A stretch of DNA of 64,000 nt from Gammaproteobacteria bacterium. Lineage in GTDB: Bacteria; Pseudomonadota; Gammaproteobacteria; Pseudomonadales; Pseudohongiellaceae. Shown here one piece after another: positions 61,314-64,000 of this stretch (position 1 is its first letter; every line of letters begins with the position of its first letter). The notes under the pieces were generated by a model. It saw nothing but the letters and a program-made list of their open reading frames with translations, was not told the origin of the DNA and did no database searches. The stretch is from assembly GCA_030744915.1 (NCBI GenBank), contig JASLPO010000019.1:28410-92409 (forward strand), in the 5' to 3' direction. Position numbers and translations under genes: made by a program.

Positions 61314-63167
61314 ATGAAAAAATTACTAACACTCTTTCTTTGTGCGTGTGCTCTCAGTGCGAGTGCCCAGAACCGTATCGAAGTTTTAGAAGCCAGCATA
61401 GCAGAATTGCAGGCTGCTCTCGACGCGGGAACAACCAGCTCGGTCCAGCTGGTGGATCAATACCTGGCACGCATTGCCGCCTATGATAAACAGGGGCCGG
61501 TATTGAACAGCATCGTTCGCACTAATCCCGCTGCCCGTGAAACAGCTGCCGCTCTGGATGCGGAAAGGGCACGCAGCGGACCCCGCAGTAGCTTGCATGG
61601 CATACCGATCCTCGTCAAAGACAATTACAACACCACCATGTTGCCTACCACTGGCGGCTCTGTCGCACTTGCCAATTTTGTTCCCAATACCAATGCCACC
61701 CAGGTCAATAAGCTCATCGATGCCGGCGCCATCATTGTTGCTAAAACGACCCTGCATGAATATGCTTATGGCATAACCACCATCGCCTCTCTGAGTGGCC
61801 AGACGCGTAATCCCTATGATTATCGCCGTGTGCCCGGTGGTTCCAGCGGTGGGACCGGGGCCGCAGTAGCGGCAAGTTTCGGGGCAATAGGGCTGGGATC
61901 TGATACCTGCGGATCGATTCGAATTCCGTCGGCATTCAACAATCTTTTCGGACTCCGCCCCAGCAAGGGGCTGTCCAGCATCCACGGTGTCATGCCCTTG
62001 TCTCACACTCAGGACGTCGCCGGTCCGCTGGCGCGCAGCCTCGATGATCTGGCGATCCTGCTGGACATCGTCGTCGGCTACGATGCCAATGATGCCGCCA
62101 CCGCCCCCATGCAGAACACCCCCCATCCCCAGTTTCGACAGAATCTGGATTCCTTAACGCCAGAGGGCTTGCGCATCGGTAGACTGAGTGTCGCCTTCGA
62201 CAATGCCAACGGTGCAGTGCGCGGGCCAATCAATGATGCGCTGGAGTGGTATGAGGAACAGGGAGTCGAGTTGGTGGATATTGAAATTCCGGAAATGACT
62301 GAGCTGCTTTCAGCCAGTGGTTTGATTGGGCACGAATTTCGGGTAGATCTGGATCAGTATCTGCAGCAGTTTGGCAGCGAAGCAATCGCCAATCTGGGCG
62401 ACATAGTCGATCGCGGACTCTATCACCAGGCCGTCAACGGACCGCTGGCGCGCAGCCGCAACGCTGAACGTGATGAGGCGGCGTATACTACCGCCATGGC
62501 TGCCCGCTCGGCCTTGCGTGATGCAGTGGAGAAAGTATTCTTGGACAATCGGCTCGACGCGATTGTGTATCCCACTGTTATCGAGAATCAGGTATTTATC
62601 GGTGATCCACAACCGGGGAGTCAATGCCAACTTGCCGCCCACTCAGGACTGCCTGCACTGTCAATGCCGGTGGGCTTAAACGGGAGGGGGCTCCCGGTTG
62701 GCATGGAACTGTTAGGCCAATATTTTCAGGATGTTCGCTTACTGGCGATGGCGTATCCCTATGAGCAGGCGATGGATCCGAGACAGCCGCCGTCAGTGAC
62801 GCCGCAGTTGGTCAACGGTGCCGCTCCTGAACCCCTGACAATTGAGATGGAATTTGACCGCCAGCAAACTGTGCTGCAGGCGAGATTCGAAGTCGATATT
62901 GCGCGCAACTCCTTTCGCTATGAACTCATGCTGGATGCGGCAAATCGAGCCGAGGTGTATGCGGTAACCCTCAGTATCGATGCAGACCAGGACCAGCAGT
63001 TGAATGATCCGATAGTCTTGAATCTGTTGGGTCCCGATATGCGTCAGTCCAGTGGCGAACAATTCATGAGCGGGGCATTCCGGGCTGCCCTGAGTGAAGG
63101 GCGTCTCTATGTTAAGGTTTTCGCCGATTTGCTGCCGATTACCGGCGCTACCCAGCGTATTCAGTGA
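61314..63167 (+). CDS. secreted amidase (amidase-signature family) with ~130-aa C-terminal extension
   Basis: Signal peptide and the AS motifs KDN.., GGSSGG and GSDTCGSIRIPSAFN. It starts 3 nt after the preceding stop. Confidence 0.88.
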   Translation: MKKLLTLFLCACALSASAQNRIEVLEASIAELQAALDAGTTSSVQLVDQYLARIAAYDKQGPVLNSIVRTNPAARETAAALDAERARSGPRSSLHGIPILVKDNYNTTMLPTTGGSVALANFVPNTNATQVNKLIDAGAIIVAKTTLHEYAYGITTIASLSGQTRNPYDYRRVPGGSSGGTGAAVAASFGAIGLGSDTCGSIRIPSAFNNLFGLRPSKGLSSIHGVMPLSHTQDVAGPLARSLDDLAILLDIVVGYDANDAATAPMQNTPHPQFRQNLDSLTPEGLRIGRLSVAFDNANGAVRGPINDALEWYEEQGVELVDIEIPEMTELLSASGLIGHEFRVDLDQYLQQFGSEAIANLGDIVDRGLYHQAVNGPLARSRNAERDEAAYTTAMAARSALRDAVEKVFLDNRLDAIVYPTVIENQVFIGDPQPGSQCQLAAHSGLPALSMPVGLNGRGLPVGMELLGQYFQDVRLLAMAYPYEQAMDPRQPPSVTPQLVNGAAPEPLTIEMEFDRQQTVLQARFEVDIARNSFRYELMLDAANRAEVYAVTLSIDADQDQQLNDPIVLNLLGPDMRQSSGEQFMSGAFRAALSEGRLYVKVFADLLPITGATQRIQ

Positions 63168-63321
63168 ACCCCTCCCAATTGCTAAGCGATTCCATGTTGC
63201 ACACCAGCAATTCGATTCTGTCTGACTTGTTGTATTTATACATATATCGATAGATATACTAAAGCCTATTGGAAAAAACGGCTGAAATAGAATATTAGCC
63301 AGAGAATACTTTAGAGAGCCT

Positions 63322-63993
63322 TTAGTCTTCCAGCAATTCCATTATGCTGGTCTTGAATTCATCGACAAGGAGTGCGCGATCTATCATGGCGGCATTGGAT
63401 TCAGTAATCACTCCCGCTGCAGCACTATTGTTGCCTTCGAGAATGAGCTGAGGTTTCCTTATAAGCGCTGGTATGTCTGCGACTGATTCAATCTTCGAGA
63501 CGGGCTGTCTTTCGCTCGTGCTTATGCGGGGCTCTCCATCGTCTTCGAGGACGATGAAATGACCTTGAGACCAACCCAACAGAGGATTGATTAAATCGCG
63601 GCTTAGAGATTCGACAAAATAAATGCCTCGCTCGCCTATTTCAGGAATGGTCAATCCACTTACTTGCACGACCTCGCCATTGAGCTCGCCGCCCATGAAT
63701 TTTAGCTCTAGATCATTAGCGTCGTAGTTGCCCTTTATGATGTCGATAATCTGAAAAGTTACGTAGGTACTGATGATTCCCGAATTTGTGTCCTTGCGGA
63801 TTTCGCTTACTAATACAGTTCCTTCGAAAATTAATTCAGCATCTCTGGCAATATCATCGATGTCCATTTCAAGCACAGTTGTGGCAGTGGCGCTGAGACA
63901 CAAGCAGGTGAGTATCAGCGATGCGAGCAGTTGCTTCCAGCACACTATTGTCGCTGGAAATCTAAGAAGTACTGCGCGGTAGTAAAGATTCAA
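63322..63993 (-). CDS. hypothetical secreted protein
   Basis: 223 aa with a hydrophobic N-terminus (LLASLILTCLCLSATA). No recognised family. The start is uncertain. Confidence 0.45.
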   Translation of the reverse strand: MNLYYRAVLLRFPATIVCWKQLLASLILTCLCLSATATTVLEMDIDDIARDAELIFEGTVLVSEIRKDTNSGIISTYVTFQIIDIIKGNYDANDLELKFMGGELNGEVVQVSGLTIPEIGERGIYFVESLSRDLINPLLGWSQGHFIVLEDDGEPRISTSERQPVSKIESVADIPALIRKPQLILEGNNSAAAGVITESNAAMIDRALLVDEFKTSIMELLED

Positions 63994-64000
63994 ACTTACA

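Overview
This is a gammaproteobacterial chromosomal window of about 52% GC, dense with intact housekeeping genes. The core is one long conserved syntenic block: nnr-tsaE-amiB-mutL-miaA-hfq-hflX-hflK-hflC-yjeT-hisZ-purA, then tRNA-Leu, rnr-rlmB-rpsF-rpsR-(membrane protein)-rplI-dnaB-alr-radA. From memory, this order matches the Pseudomonas arrangement. No priB lies between rpsF and rpsR. A stand-alone aceE and several secreted or periplasmic redox proteins are also present.

The block is interrupted or followed by accessory and decayed segments:
1. A 6.4-kb islet sits between purA and tRNA-Leu. It holds a ROK kinase, a Y1/HUH transposase-like gene, a 0.6-kb AT-rich tract, CopC, a hydrolase, and an LTD-cytochrome c fusion. 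It ends in a duplicated structured element that carries the tRNA 3' end.
2. A 3.5-kb cassette lies downstream of radA, flanked by 82-bp direct repeats. It encodes a ~990-aa secreted protein built from about 28 copies of a 16-residue acidic repeat I cannot assign to a family. The gene is broken by two 1-nt frameshifts and one in-frame TGA.
3. A rearranged zone contains duplicated NTF2-like genes and gene remnants.
4. A Tat-signal flavin amine oxidase is followed by a di-haem cytochrome c, resembling the NicA2/CycN pair.
5. A triply disrupted piuC-like pseudogene is present.

No CRISPR array, integrase, rRNA or recognisable defence system was seen. All calls rest on reading the sequence and on remembered family motifs. 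No searches were run.
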